The notes beneath the pieces were generated by a model, which was not told where the DNA came from, did no database searches, and saw nothing but the letters and a program-made list of their open reading frames with translations. The position numbers and the translations under genes were made by a program. A stretch of DNA of 64,000 bases, taken from positions 3,233 to 67,232 of the forward strand of contig JACPBY010000006.1 of the NCBI GenBank assembly GCA_016180065.1, given 5' to 3'. Source of the DNA: Candidatus Woesearchaeota archaeon. GTDB lineage: Archaea; Nanobdellota; Nanobdellia; Woesearchaeales; UBA10216. Below, one piece after another: positions 17,373 through 27,141 of the stretch. The first letter of the stretch is position 1, and every line of letters begins with the position of its first letter.

Positions 17373-18445
17373 TAACTTATCAACCTCTTAGCCTTAAGGA
17401 GCTCTGCGTTCAGTATGCCGCCGCCGGCTGCTCCCCTTATCATGTTGTGCGAAAGGCCCACAAACCTGTAGTCAAGCACGTTGCATTCCCTCAACCTGCC
17501 GACAGTAACTGCCATCCCCTTCCCGTTATCCCGGTCATACCTTGTCTGCGGCCTGTCCGGCTCAACTTTATAAATTATCGGCTTCTCGGGAGCCATGGGC
17601 AGCTTCAGCTCCTGCGGAGCAGCCCTGAAATTGCGCCATGCCTCAATCACCTGCTCCTTATCCGGCTTTTTCTCGAACTGGACAGAAACGCATGCCATAT
17701 GGCCATCCATGACCGGAACGCGGTTGCAATGCGCAGAGATGACAGGCCCTGTTGCATGGACAATCTCCTTGCCTGAAACGCTGCCAAGAATCTTGAGCGG
17801 CTCACGTTCAGACTTTTCCTCCTCACCTTTAATAAAAGGTATGATATTGTCCTCTATGTCAATAGTGCCAAAGCTTGAATGCCCTCCCCCGCTTATCGCC
17901 TGCATTGTTGCAATAACGGCTTTCTTCACCTTAAACTTCTTGTGAAGGGCAAAGAGAGGAGTCATGTAGCACTGCAGGGAGCAGTTGGGCTTGACAGCAA
18001 TAAAGCCCTTATTCCAGTTCCTGTTTTTCTGCTGTATCCTGATAATTTCAATATGCTCGGGGTTTATTTCCGGAATCAGCATGGGAACATCTTTAGTGAA
18101 GCGGTGGGCTGAGGCGTTTGACACGACAGGAATGCCTGCTCCGGCATACTTCTCCTCGAACTGCATTGCAGCCTCCGACTCAAGCGCTGAGAAAACAAAG
18201 CTGCACGCCTTCCCTGCAGAACCGATGTCATCAACGTTATGCACAACCAAATCCCGGGCATTTTCCGGGATTGGCTGCTTTAAGTGCCATCGTCCCTCAA
18301 CAGCTTCATGGTATTTCTTTCCGGCAGAGCGCTCAGAAGCCGCAAGGTAGCCAACCTCAAACCACGGATGGCTTTCCAGAAGATGAATGTAGGTCCTCCC
18401 TACCATCCCTGTTGCTCCCAAAACCCCGACTTTGATTTTGCGCAT
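17372..18445 (-). CDS. asd: aspartate-semialdehyde dehydrogenase
   Basis: Contains KVGVLGATGMVGR, the active-site KPNCSLQC, and SAHCNRVPVMDGH. Confidence 0.92.
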   Translation of the reverse strand: MRKIKVGVLGATGMVGRTYIHLLESHPWFEVGYLAASERSAGKKYHEAVEGRWHLKQPIPENARDLVVHNVDDIGSAGKACSFVFSALESEAAMQFEEKYAGAGIPVVSNASAHRFTKDVPMLIPEINPEHIEIIRIQQKNRNWNKGFIAVKPNCSLQCYMTPLFALHKKFKVKKAVIATMQAISGGGHSSFGTIDIEDNIIPFIKGEEEKSEREPLKILGSVSGKEIVHATGPVISAHCNRVPVMDGHMACVSVQFEKKPDKEQVIEAWRNFRAAPQELKLPMAPEKPIIYKVEPDRPQTRYDRDNGKGMAVTVGRLRECNVLDYRFVGLSHNMIRGAAGGGILNAELLKAKRLIS

Positions 18446-18522
18446 TTCTTCCCCATTCCTTCATATGGCGGCGTCTATCAGCCGTATTAAAACTTATCGC
18501 ATTATTCGCATAAGGCCAATGC

Positions 18523-19275
18523 TCACCTGAAAAAATCGCTTATGAAGTCGTTCATGGTGAAAAAGCCCTTCCTGCCCTTAAGCCATTCAGCAGCCATCAC
18601 TGCCCCCAATGCAAAACCCGCCCTGCTCCTCGCAGTATGCTTAAGCTCTATTGTATCTGCCTCGCTGTCAAACGCGGCAACATGGGTGCCTGGAACCCAT
18701 CCGCCCCTGACGCTTGCGAAGTGAAGCTCCTCAGGATTTATTTTGCGGTCGAGCTTGCCATACTGCACCTGTTTCTTCCTGCTGATGTTCTTCAGCAAAA
18801 TTTCTGCAATGCTCTTTGCAGTCCCTGACGGGCTGTCAATTTTCTGGTTATGGTGAAGCTCATAGCCGAAAACGTCGTATTCCGGAACCTTATTTATCAG
18901 CCTGGCAGCTGCCTCCACAATCCTGTAAAAAACATTCACCCCAACTGAAAAGTTTGGGCTGTAAATAAAGCCTGTTCCAGCTGCCCCAACAAGCTGCTTT
19001 GCCTCTGTCATGCCGTCATACCACCCTGTTGTTCCGACAACCATGTTCTTCCTGGCAGCCGTAACCCTACGTATGTTGTCAACGACAGCAGAAGGCACTG
19101 TAAAGTCAATAACCACATCAGCATCCTTAAGGCAGCTGCTTTTGACATCAATCGCCTTGTGCGTTGCCCCGGCATCTGTGCTGTCAACAATTACGCAGAC
19201 TGCATGGCCGCGCAGCTTTGCAACCCGCTCAACCTCCTTTCCCATCTTTCCGTAACCAACAAGAGCTATTTTCAT
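18523..19275 (-). CDS. dapB: 4-hydroxy-tetrahydrodipicolinate reductase
   Basis: Contains MKIALVGYGKMG, VIDFTVPS, VVGTTGW, ELHHNQKIDSPSGTA. Confidence 0.9.
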   Translation of the reverse strand: MKIALVGYGKMGKEVERVAKLRGHAVCVIVDSTDAGATHKAIDVKSSCLKDADVVIDFTVPSAVVDNIRRVTAARKNMVVGTTGWYDGMTEAKQLVGAAGTGFIYSPNFSVGVNVFYRIVEAAARLINKVPEYDVFGYELHHNQKIDSPSGTAKSIAEILLKNISRKKQVQYGKLDRKINPEELHFASVRGGWVPGTHVAAFDSEADTIELKHTARSRAGFALGAVMAAEWLKGRKGFFTMNDFISDFFR

Positions 19276-19288
19276 TTCACTACCCTCC

Positions 19289-20188
19289 TCACTTCAAAAT
19301 GCCCATCTTCTGCAGCGCAGCCTTCAGCTTATCCATGTTGGCAGGCTGCATCTCGCACAGCGGCATCCTTAGCGGGCCAGCAGGCAGGCCTGCAAGGCCC
19401 ATTGCCGCCTTAATCGGAATAGGGTTCGTTTCTACAAATGCAGCCTTAAAAATCGGGAGCATTTCAAAATGCAGCTTCCTTGCTGCCGCGAAATCTCCCC
19501 TGGCTGCGGCTGCACACATATCGCCAACCTTCCTGGGGACGAGGTTGCTGACTACAGATATAACCCCCCTGCCTCCCATGGACATCAGCGGCAATGTCAG
19601 GTTGTCATCACCGCTCACAACACTGAACGTATTTGGGAACTGGTCCAGGACATCCATCATCTGCGCGAGGTTTCCTGAAGCCTCCTTTACAGCAATGATG
19701 TTTGGCACCTGTGCCATCCTCAGTAATGTAGCTGTCTCAATGTTAACACCAGTGCGGCCCTGAATGTTGTAGACGACAACAGGAATGCTGATGGATTCTG
19801 CAATTGCCCTGAAATGCCTGTAAAGCCCCTCCTGAGTGGGCTTGTTATAGTAAGGCGAAACAACAAGCACTGCATCTGCTCCCAATTCCTCAGCCTGCCG
19901 GGACAGCTCAACCGAATGGGCTGTTGAGTTGGTGCCTGTGCCCACAATGACCGGAACCTTTCCTTTCGCGGCAGCCACAACTGTTTTTATTATGGCGTCC
20001 CTCTCATCCCCGCTGATTGTAGGGCTCTCACCTGTGGTGCCAAGAGGCACAAGCCCTGATATGCGGTTGCCAACCTGGAACTGCACGTTCTTCTTCAGGC
20101 CTTCAACATCAAGCTCACCGCCTTGCGTGAAAGGTGTTACCATCGCGGTTATTGCACCTTCAACCCTGACATTCTTTTTCATCAGCAT
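19289..20188 (-). CDS. dapA: 4-hydroxy-tetrahydrodipicolinate synthase
   Basis: Contains ITAMVTPF, GTTGESPT, VIVGTGTNST, YYNKPTQEGL, IIAVKEASGN. Confidence 0.92.
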   Translation of the reverse strand: MLMKKNVRVEGAITAMVTPFTQGGELDVEGLKKNVQFQVGNRISGLVPLGTTGESPTISGDERDAIIKTVVAAAKGKVPVIVGTGTNSTAHSVELSRQAEELGADAVLVVSPYYNKPTQEGLYRHFRAIAESISIPVVVYNIQGRTGVNIETATLLRMAQVPNIIAVKEASGNLAQMMDVLDQFPNTFSVVSGDDNLTLPLMSMGGRGVISVVSNLVPRKVGDMCAAAARGDFAAARKLHFEMLPIFKAAFVETNPIPIKAAMGLAGLPAGPLRMPLCEMQPANMDKLKAALQKMGILK

Positions 20189-21568
20189 TCACCCCCTAAC
20201 GCTTATAGCAGCAGACTGCCGCTTAACAGGCTGCTTTACCGAAGCAAAAAACTCGCCATGCAGCGCCCTGACAGCGCCATCAACGCTCTTCTCGCTGACA
20301 ACAAGCCCCATATTGACATCATTGTGGCTTTGCGAAGTCATTTCCACGTTTATGCCGCTCTTCCCGAGGACAGAGGATATCCTCCCTCCAACCCCCGGCA
20401 TGGACTTAATGCCTTCGCCCACTATGCACAGCGAAGCCCTGTCAGCCAGGACTGTAACAGCTGCAAACTCCTTGAGCTTTTCAACAAGCCCTGAAACGTC
20501 AAACCTCTTCTCCACAGTAACAGAAACATTGACTTCTGATGTTGCAATCATGTCAACCGGAACTTTAAACTCGTCAAAAAGCCTGAACACATGATGAAGG
20601 AAGCCGTAAGCCATAAGCATCCTTGCAGAGTTGATGTTGATTACATAGACTCCTTTCTTGCAGGTTATGGCAGTAATCTCGCCCTTTTCAGTGCTGTTCT
20701 TCAGGATGAGCGTTCCAGTGCCTGAAGGGTTGAAAGTGTTAAGCACCCTTACAGGTATGTTCCCGTTCATGGCAGGCAGTATTGTCTTTGGATGCAGGAC
20801 TTTTGCCCCAAAATATGCAAGCTCGCTCGCTTCCTCAAATGAAACAATGCTGACAGTCCTTGCCTCGGGCACAATTCTCGGGTCGGCAGTCATAATGCCG
20901 TCCACATCTGTCCAAATCTGGATTTCCTCCGCTTTAAGGGCGGCCCCGTAAATCGCTGCAGTGTAATCACTCCCTCCCCTGCCCAAGGTTGTTATGTCAC
21001 CATCCTCAGTCCTGCCAATGAAGCCTGTGACAACCGGAACAACACCTGAAGGCAGCTTTGCAACAGACGAAGCGATAGCTTCGAAGGTCTTTGGCAGTAT
21101 TTCCGCGCTCCCAAAATTCTTATCCGTAACCATGCCAAGGTCGTAAGCGTTGAATGCCTCAGCCTTCAAACCTGATTTTCTGGCAAAGGCAGCAACAATC
21201 CTTGACGACATCCTCTCGCCAAAAGAAGCAACGTGGTCTGTTGTCCTCAAGGTAAGCTCGCCGACAAGCGAGATTCCAAAAAGGACATGCTCAAGCTCCG
21301 CAACCTCACCAGATATGATGCTGCTGCCAAGCCCGAGCTTTCCCGCAACTGCCATGTGCCTTGCTTCAATTTCAGAAACAATGCCCTTGACAGATGCTTT
21401 CCTGCCCAAAGCCTCCCTGGCTGCTGCGAGCAGCATGTCAGTAACGCCTGAAATAGCGGAAACAACGACAAATGGGTTCCGGCTCCTGGCAGCCCTGACC
21501 CTATCAACAACGCGCCTGATGCTCTCAGCAGTGCCGACAGATGTCCCCCCAAACTTCATCACAATCAT
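20189..21568 (-). CDS. lysC: aspartate kinase
   Basis: Contains VMKFGGTSVG, GRGGSDYTA, WTDVDGIMTADPR, and C-terminal ACT repeats. Its stop abuts the dapA start. Confidence 0.92.
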   Translation of the reverse strand: MIVMKFGGTSVGTAESIRRVVDRVRAARSRNPFVVVSAISGVTDMLLAAAREALGRKASVKGIVSEIEARHMAVAGKLGLGSSIISGEVAELEHVLFGISLVGELTLRTTDHVASFGERMSSRIVAAFARKSGLKAEAFNAYDLGMVTDKNFGSAEILPKTFEAIASSVAKLPSGVVPVVTGFIGRTEDGDITTLGRGGSDYTAAIYGAALKAEEIQIWTDVDGIMTADPRIVPEARTVSIVSFEEASELAYFGAKVLHPKTILPAMNGNIPVRVLNTFNPSGTGTLILKNSTEKGEITAITCKKGVYVININSARMLMAYGFLHHVFRLFDEFKVPVDMIATSEVNVSVTVEKRFDVSGLVEKLKEFAAVTVLADRASLCIVGEGIKSMPGVGGRISSVLGKSGINVEMTSQSHNDVNMGLVVSEKSVDGAVRALHGEFFASVKQPVKRQSAAISVRG

Positions 21569-21728
21569 TCAAAACACTTTCCCGCCACCAGCCATGCTGA
21601 AACAGCTTTTTGACTATTTAAAGCTTTATCCTGCCATGCGCAACAAAAAGCGGCAGAAGAAGCAACGGTGGCAGCTATTAAAACCTGATGTTATTAAAAT
21701 AACAAAATTTAAATATAAATGTTATTAC

Positions 21729-22406
21729 ATGCCTAATTCGATGGTAACTGCAAGCGCTGTCGTGAAGAAAATAGTGAATGAGAAGCCTTTGCTTCAGGAA
21801 GGGCTCAGGCAAGGCATAATCAGCTTTGCAGCACTTGCTGAAAGGATAAAGCCGCAGGTGGAGATGCAGCTTGGAACAAAAGTGAAGGATGCGGCTGTTG
21901 TAATGGCGCTCAGAAGGCACAGCGAAAGCCTCAGGGCAAGCGACGTCAAAAGGATAAGGTTTGCACCGCATACCCAGCTGACGCTCAAAACAAACCTTGT
22001 TTATTTCTCTGCGAAAAGGAGCGGGGAGCTGTTCAGGAAGCTTGAGGCGCTCTACAAGTCCTTCGACTATGAATCCGGCGAGACATTCAACGTCATACAC
22101 GGCAATCATGAGGTTTCGATAATTGCGAATGACAGGCACGAGAAGAAAGTTGCAGCTGCCATTGGCGAGGAGCACATATCAACCATGGGGAAGAATCTCG
22201 TATCCGTATCAATGAGCCTTGAAAAGGACTTTCTTTACACGCCGGGGGTTATTTTTGCAGCAACCAGGAAGCTCTACTGGGACAACATCAACATATTCGA
22301 GCTGGTTACGACAGCAACAGAACTCACATTCATATTCCAGAAGAAGGACGCCATGAGGGCGTATGCGTCGCTGGAGGAGCTGACCGGACGAAGTGACCCA
22401 GAATAG
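21729..22406 (+). CDS. hypothetical protein, possibly ACT-like (ligand-binding), divergent from lysC
   Basis: The real coding part of listed ORF 21150..22406 starts at the ATG at 21729 (MPNSMV). The upstream part is antisense to lysC. The ACT-like assignment is by eye only (VSIIANDRHEKKV, ELTFIFQKKDAMRAYASLEEL). Confidence 0.55.
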   Translation: MPNSMVTASAVVKKIVNEKPLLQEGLRQGIISFAALAERIKPQVEMQLGTKVKDAAVVMALRRHSESLRASDVKRIRFAPHTQLTLKTNLVYFSAKRSGELFRKLEALYKSFDYESGETFNVIHGNHEVSIIANDRHEKKVAAAIGEEHISTMGKNLVSVSMSLEKDFLYTPGVIFAATRKLYWDNINIFELVTTATELTFIFQKKDAMRAYASLEELTGRSDPE

Positions 22407-22599
22407 ATCTGATTAAATACTTGTTCTGTTTTAAGAAAACACTCAAATCAGTTGATGAGCGCAGTAGGGCTCACTCAAATTTGTGATCCTTAATGTTGAG
22501 GGCAGGTTTCCAGCCGCCGAATTACTTTATACCAAAAAATAGGTGGTTGAATACCTAAAAATAGGTAGATATTTAAATAAGCCCCGCTTTACAGCACCC

Positions 22600-23214
22600 A
22601 TGCTTACAAAAGAACAGTTAAACATCCTTTCCGTATTCAAGAAGGACATTTTTGCAAACTTGACTTTCAAGCAAATCAAAAAGGGAAGCGGGCAAAAGTC
22701 AAACAACATAGTGCAAATAGCGCTGAAGGAATTCCATAAGCAAGGCATAGTCAAAACAAAAAAAACAGGAGATGTAACCACCTACTGCCTGAACCTCAAC
22801 AATAATCTGGCTTTTTCCTACCTCAACATTGTAAACGAAGCCGAAATCAGCAAGATCGGAATGCCTAAAAGCATTCTATACGACATCAAGAGCAGGATAT
22901 TCAAATATACCGAATTCTTCATTTTAATCCTGTTTGGCAGCCATGCAAAAGGAAAGGCGACCCAAAAATCAGACTTAGATGTTGCAGTAATTGTGGAATC
23001 AGAGCAGACGAAAAAAGAAATCACCCCCTATCTGGAAACAATAAAAAGAAGGGAAGTCATTGCAATAGACTACCACATATTCGCAAGAACCGAATTTTTA
23101 GACATGCTAAAGGCAGATACGGAGAATGTTGGAAAACAGATATTTAAAAGCGGCATTGTTTATCACGGATACATCGCCTATTGCAATCTCATAAGTGAAA
23201 GAAAAAATGAATGA
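22600..23214 (+). CDS. minimal nucleotidyltransferase (MNT) with N-terminal wHTH-like region
   Basis: Contains LFGSHAKGKATQKSDLDVAVIV (the GSxxxG..SDxD motif). The ATG at 22600 (MLTKEQL) is preferred over the listed GTG at 22543. Confidence 0.8.
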   Translation: MLTKEQLNILSVFKKDIFANLTFKQIKKGSGQKSNNIVQIALKEFHKQGIVKTKKTGDVTTYCLNLNNNLAFSYLNIVNEAEISKIGMPKSILYDIKSRIFKYTEFFILILFGSHAKGKATQKSDLDVAVIVESEQTKKEITPYLETIKRREVIAIDYHIFARTEFLDMLKADTENVGKQIFKSGIVYHGYIAYCNLISERKNE

Positions 23215-23716
23215 CGAAACAGAGCTATATCTCCAAAGGGCGGAAAACGAGCTGGTTGCCGCACAATTGCTATTTGACGTTTCGAGCAACCCAACCCTCC
23301 AGAAAGAGCAGTTCAAGTTGGAAAAAGACTTTACATTTTACAGTTCTGTAATCAGCCACTCTTATTACTGCATCTTTTATTCTGCAAAAGCTATATTAAT
23401 CAGGAATGGCATAAAAACAGAAGCTCCGGAAGTTCATAGAAAAACACTCGAAGCATTTGAAACAAGCCTTGTCAGGACTGGGAAGCCCGATGTTGAATTA
23501 TTGAAGATATACCGAAAAATCATTGTCAGGGCAGAGGAGCTGCTGGGCATCTTCTCGAAAGAGAAAGGAAAGAGAGGGCAATTCACCTATCAAAAACTGC
23601 CACAAGCGAACATGGAGCCAGCCAAAGAATCGCTTGATAACGCTTCTTTCTTTTTCAAGAACATTAACCAGATAGCAAGAACGCAGCTCACTCAGAGTCG
23701 TAATCCACAAGGCTGA
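23207..23716 (+). CDS. HEPN-domain protein, partner of the MNT
   Basis: LQRAENELVAAQLLFD..SHSYYCIFYSAKAILIRNGI is typical of HEPN proteins. Its start overlaps the MNT stop (ATGAATGA). Confidence 0.8.
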   Translation: MNDETELYLQRAENELVAAQLLFDVSSNPTLQKEQFKLEKDFTFYSSVISHSYYCIFYSAKAILIRNGIKTEAPEVHRKTLEAFETSLVRTGKPDVELLKIYRKIIVRAEELLGIFSKEKGKRGQFTYQKLPQANMEPAKESLDNASFFFKNINQIARTQLTQSRNPQG

Positions 23717-24209
23717 AAACATCATAGCCTTTAAGCAGCTTCCTGCCGTTGAGGAATGACAACTCTATCAGGAAGGCAAATCCCGCAACCTTGCCGCCGA
23801 GCTTCTCAACGAGGCCAGCAGCCGCCTTACATGTACCCCCTGTCGCAATTAAGTCGTCAACAATCAGCACATTATCGCCAGGCTTGACAGCGTCCTCATG
23901 GATTTCAAAAGCATCGGTGCTGTATTCTGTCTGGAACTCCTGCCTGATCTTCTTGTAAGGCAGCTTGCCGGGCTTTCTTAACGGGACAAATGCAACGCCG
24001 AGCTCATAGGCAAGGACAGAGCCAAAAATGAAGCCGCGGCTCTCGGCAGAAGCTACGACATTAATGCCTTTGCCCTTGTAATGGCCGAGGAACTGCTGGA
24101 TGACGTACCTAAATGCAGCTGCATCTGACAGCAAAGGCGTTATGTCCCGGAACATAATGCCTTTCTTGGGAAAATCAGGGACTGTGCGGATTCTTTCCTT
24201 GAGGTTCAT
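23688..24209 (-). CDS. apt: adenine phosphoribosyltransferase
   Basis: Contains PDFPKKGIMFRDITPLL and the PRPP loop VLIVDDLIATGGT. Confidence 0.9.
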   Translation of the reverse strand: MNLKERIRTVPDFPKKGIMFRDITPLLSDAAAFRYVIQQFLGHYKGKGINVVASAESRGFIFGSVLAYELGVAFVPLRKPGKLPYKKIRQEFQTEYSTDAFEIHEDAVKPGDNVLIVDDLIATGGTCKAAAGLVEKLGGKVAGFAFLIELSFLNGRKLLKGYDVFSLVDYDSE

Positions 24210-24216
24210 TTTCTCA

Positions 24217-25008
24217 TCACACAATTGCTGTTTTTATTGCTTCCCTGCAAACGCAGCCCGTATGCTTTATTCTTGGGATGACTGCAAAAAGCAGCTTCTT
24301 CACGCTATCAGCATTCATTTTCATCGTATTGGCTACCATCTCCCACGTAACAGCCTCTTCTGACTTGCGCCAGCAGTCGTAATCCGTGTTCATGGCTACA
24401 GCTGCGTAGCAGATTCCAGCCTCCCTTGCCAGGACAACTTCGGGAACAGAGCTCATGTTTATCACATCAGCTCCCCAGCTCCTGAACAAGTGAGACTCTG
24501 CCCTTGTTGAGAACCTTGGGCCTTCTATGGTGATAAGCGTGCCTTTATCATGGTGGCTAAGCATAAGCTCCTTTGCGGTTTCTGAAAGAAGCTCCCTCAG
24601 CTTTCCGCAGAACGGCTCTGCCATTGAAATGTGGCATACCCTGTCTTTCCCGTAAAAAGTGCTTTTTCTCTTTGTTGTGCGGTCTATGAATTGGTCAACA
24701 AAGACCAAGTCACCGGGCTTTATGTTCTCCCTTAAGGAGCCGCAAGCTGTTGTCGCAACTATATGCGTGCAGCCCTGCTCCTTCAAAGCGTGGATGTTTG
24801 CCTGGAACGGGACATTTGTCGGCATTATTGAGTGCTTTTTCCCGTGCCTTGCAAGTATAACAACATCCACTCCGGCCAGTTTTCCAACTGCCAGCGGGCT
24901 TGACGGCTTTCCAAAAGGCGTATCTGCTTCTATCTCCTTTGCATTCTCCAGAATCCCGGGATCATCCAAACCGCTTCCGCCGATAATGCCAATTTTCATC
25001 AGAATCAA
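24217..25008 (-). CDS. mtnP: S-methyl-5'-thioadenosine phosphorylase
   Basis: Contains [28 protein letters not shown]. Belongs to PNP/MTAP family 2. Confidence 0.9.
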   Translation of the reverse strand: MILMKIGIIGGSGLDDPGILENAKEIEADTPFGKPSSPLAVGKLAGVDVVILARHGKKHSIMPTNVPFQANIHALKEQGCTHIVATTACGSLRENIKPGDLVFVDQFIDRTTKRKSTFYGKDRVCHISMAEPFCGKLRELLSETAKELMLSHHDKGTLITIEGPRFSTRAESHLFRSWGADVINMSSVPEVVLAREAGICYAAVAMNTDYDCWRKSEEAVTWEMVANTMKMNADSVKKLLFAVIPRIKHTGCVCREAIKTAIV

Positions 25009-25568
25009 GCCGGACTTTTAACCTTCAGCTTCTCAACAGCAGCCTTGTCGCTTATTATTGCGCTGTTCCCGCCGGGGTCCTCAATTATTATCTTCAGCTT
25101 TTCATCCCCCCACACAGCCCTGTTGATTTTCTTAATGAGGCTCTTCGCCTTCTGGACAGCGGCCTCATCCTCTTCAGTATCCCTGACCACTTCAACTTGG
25201 TGCTTCACCCTCTGGAGAATGCCCTCGATGTTGGTGACATAGCCGTTAGAAGACTCGCCAGGGAGTATGTCAGCAACGTAAGGAATCTTGACTGTTGCCT
25301 GGCTTGACTTCACAACCCTGATTGACATGTCATCAGAGCCTGAGACCTCAATTGAGCACTTCACAGGTTCCCGCTGTTCGGCGCATTCAACATCAGCCTT
25401 ATGAAACTTGCAGCTGCTGCACGTCATCGAAAACAGAAAGACTTTTCCAAAGAAAGGAATCTCCTGCTCCCTTTCCATCAGAGCCAGGGATTTTTGGGAA
25501 CAAGCCGGGCACAGCTCGCCCATCACAACGTCAAAATCCTTTTCTTCCTGCCCGGCTGCCTTTGCCAT
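25005..25568 (-). CDS. ZPR1-type zinc-finger protein
   Basis: [29 protein letters not shown] followed by a beta-rich ZPR1 domain. The ATG at 25568 has a TTTAAATA box 24 nt upstream. The listed ORF starts at 25586. Confidence 0.8.
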   Translation of the reverse strand: MAKAAGQEEKDFDVVMGELCPACSQKSLALMEREQEIPFFGKVFLFSMTCSSCKFHKADVECAEQREPVKCSIEVSGSDDMSIRVVKSSQATVKIPYVADILPGESSNGYVTNIEGILQRVKHQVEVVRDTEEDEAAVQKAKSLIKKINRAVWGDEKLKIIIEDPGGNSAIISDKAAVEKLKVKSPA

Positions 25569-25761
25569 GAAACGAAATTTCTGCAAAAGACTTTAAATAG
25601 TTTTTGGTAGAAATTTTTTTAACTACGCTGCTGCAAAAAGAAATAATGCAACTTTCCCACAGCGTATCTACTGAAAGTCAGCAGTAGCAAAGATTTAAGT
25701 AAAGCAAAAGCCCACTAAGTTGAGTGCTTTGAGGTGTGCCGTTTTAAGGAGTTGAACGGCA

Positions 25762-26031
25762 ATGGCTGGAAGAAAGGAAAGGCTTTTAAAGCAGGATTCT
25801 CCAAACAGAAGCATGGCTGAAAAAGAGGTAGCTAAGCGGCCTTCAGGCTTGTCCACCTTAACTCCGGAAGAAATGGTTGAGTACGAAGGGCAGTGTCTTG
25901 GCATCGTAAATGGCAAAGTGAAATTTGTTAGCAAAGATGCAAATACTGTCATTAAAGCACTGCTTGCCGAAAAGACGCAGGATAAAGTTTTTACGTCCAT
26001 CCCACGAAGCGACATTGCACTGGTCAAATAG
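25762..26031 (+). CDS. small hypothetical protein (DUF5678-like by eye)
   Basis: 89 aa. The pattern YEGQCLGIVNGKVKFVSKDANTVIKALL is seen upstream of archaeal retropepsin-like genes. Confidence 0.5.
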   Translation: MAGRKERLLKQDSPNRSMAEKEVAKRPSGLSTLTPEEMVEYEGQCLGIVNGKVKFVSKDANTVIKALLAEKTQDKVFTSIPRSDIALVK

Positions 26032-26033
26032 AA

Positions 26034-26530
26034 ATGCAAACGGCTTTTCCTTATCAATGGTTTCCTAAAAGCGATGTTTCAGCAGGCAGAGTTGTAATCA
26101 AAGACAACAAAACCTTAAGACCGATGCTTACAGCGACTCTAATCAATGGCAAAGCTGCCCTGCCTTTCGATGCTCTTGTTGATTCGGGTTCTGACAAAAC
26201 CATCAGTTTTGCAGAAATCGGAGCATCCTTGGGAATTGATTTTAATGATGAAACATTCAGAAAGGAGACCGAAATAAAGACGGGAATGCTGTTTGAAGAT
26301 GAGATATTTGGCTTGGGAAAAGATTCCCTTAAGGTATTTATCACACTTATTGATATAGAAATTCTGGGGTCCAAACGACCATAAGGATGTACTGGATTAA
26401 AGAAAAGTTCGCTGCCGGTGTTGATTTTGCCCTTATCCTGGGGCAGGATAGCGTATTTTCAGCATTTGACATACATTTTTCAAAAAGGCAGCACAAATTC
26501 TTCCTGAACGACCAAGCGTTTACGCCTTGA
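26034..26530 (+). pseudogene. retropepsin-like (clan AA) aspartic protease interrupted by a frameshift
   Basis: The N-part 26034..26384 carries ALVDSGSD. The C-part continues in another frame from 26387 (MYWIKEKFAAGVDFALILGQDSVFSAFDIHF) to the TGA at 26528-26530. Confidence 0.6.
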
Positions 26531-26709
26531 TGCCGAAACGCCTCATGGGTCCATGAAGCAGCCTCAAAAGTATAACCCGCCCTTGCCTGAAAGTATAGCT
26601 TTCCTCATGCCAAAGCCTTCCAAGGCAAGATTAAAATCAAAACTGCCTGCTGCCACGCCAAGACTTATTTTTCATCAAAAACTTCCTTTACTGAAAATTG
26701 AACTTTAAA

Positions 26710-26839
26710 TCAACAACCCAACCACAGCAAGCTGCGGGGTATGTAATTCGTTGGGTTCAGGAGAACCCGCAGGTTCTTCGTGCTCAGAACCGCTGCGGTT
26801 CTGACAGTTGGTTCTTCACAAATCGCGCCCATTGAAGAA
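26710..26839 (+). repeat. structured repeat family, copy 2 (49-nt module at 26758..26806)
   Basis: About 95 percent or more identical by eye to copy 1, with a 5-nt deletion in the 3' module. Confidence 0.85.
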
Positions 26840-27020
26840 ATCTTCTAACGCTAACGTCGTAACCGATGCTCTTCAATTCAGCCATAACTTTTTTTTGGTG
26901 TTCGGTCAATTCAGAGCCATTAGCCTTAACCTCAATGAAGGTCGGTTTACTCGTCAGGCCATTCATGCACATAAGGTCTGGATGCCCTCCATCAAAGCTG
27001 GAAAGGACATTTAGTCCAGT
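26784..27020 (-). pseudogene. VRR-NUC-like nuclease remnant, N-terminally truncated
   Basis: GGHPDLMCMNGL..TFIEVKANGSELTEHQKKVMAELKSIGYDV matches the D..ExK..Q VRR-NUC core. The frame opens right after a TAG at 27021-27023, with no start before the motif. The last 9 codons come from the repeat. Confidence 0.5.
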
Positions 27021-27141
27021 CTAAGAAAAGAAGATGACTATTAGGCAAACTTCTTTATCCTTCAATGCTTTAAGCAGTAGAAGTTAGCATCCACCTGACT
27101 GAATAAGTGAAGCACGGCTGCGGAGTTTCATGCAGTTCTAT

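Noticed and set aside
21150-21728. The 5' 190 codons of listed ORF 21150..22406.
   Set aside because: This stretch is antisense to the well-supported lysC gene and has a low-complexity S/T/P/A-rich translation. The real gene starts at the ATG at 21729, after the lysC start.
22440-22520. A TGATGA box in the gap before the MNT gene, considered as a C/D-box sRNA.
   Set aside because: No matching D (CTGA) or C'/D' boxes occur at the required spacing.
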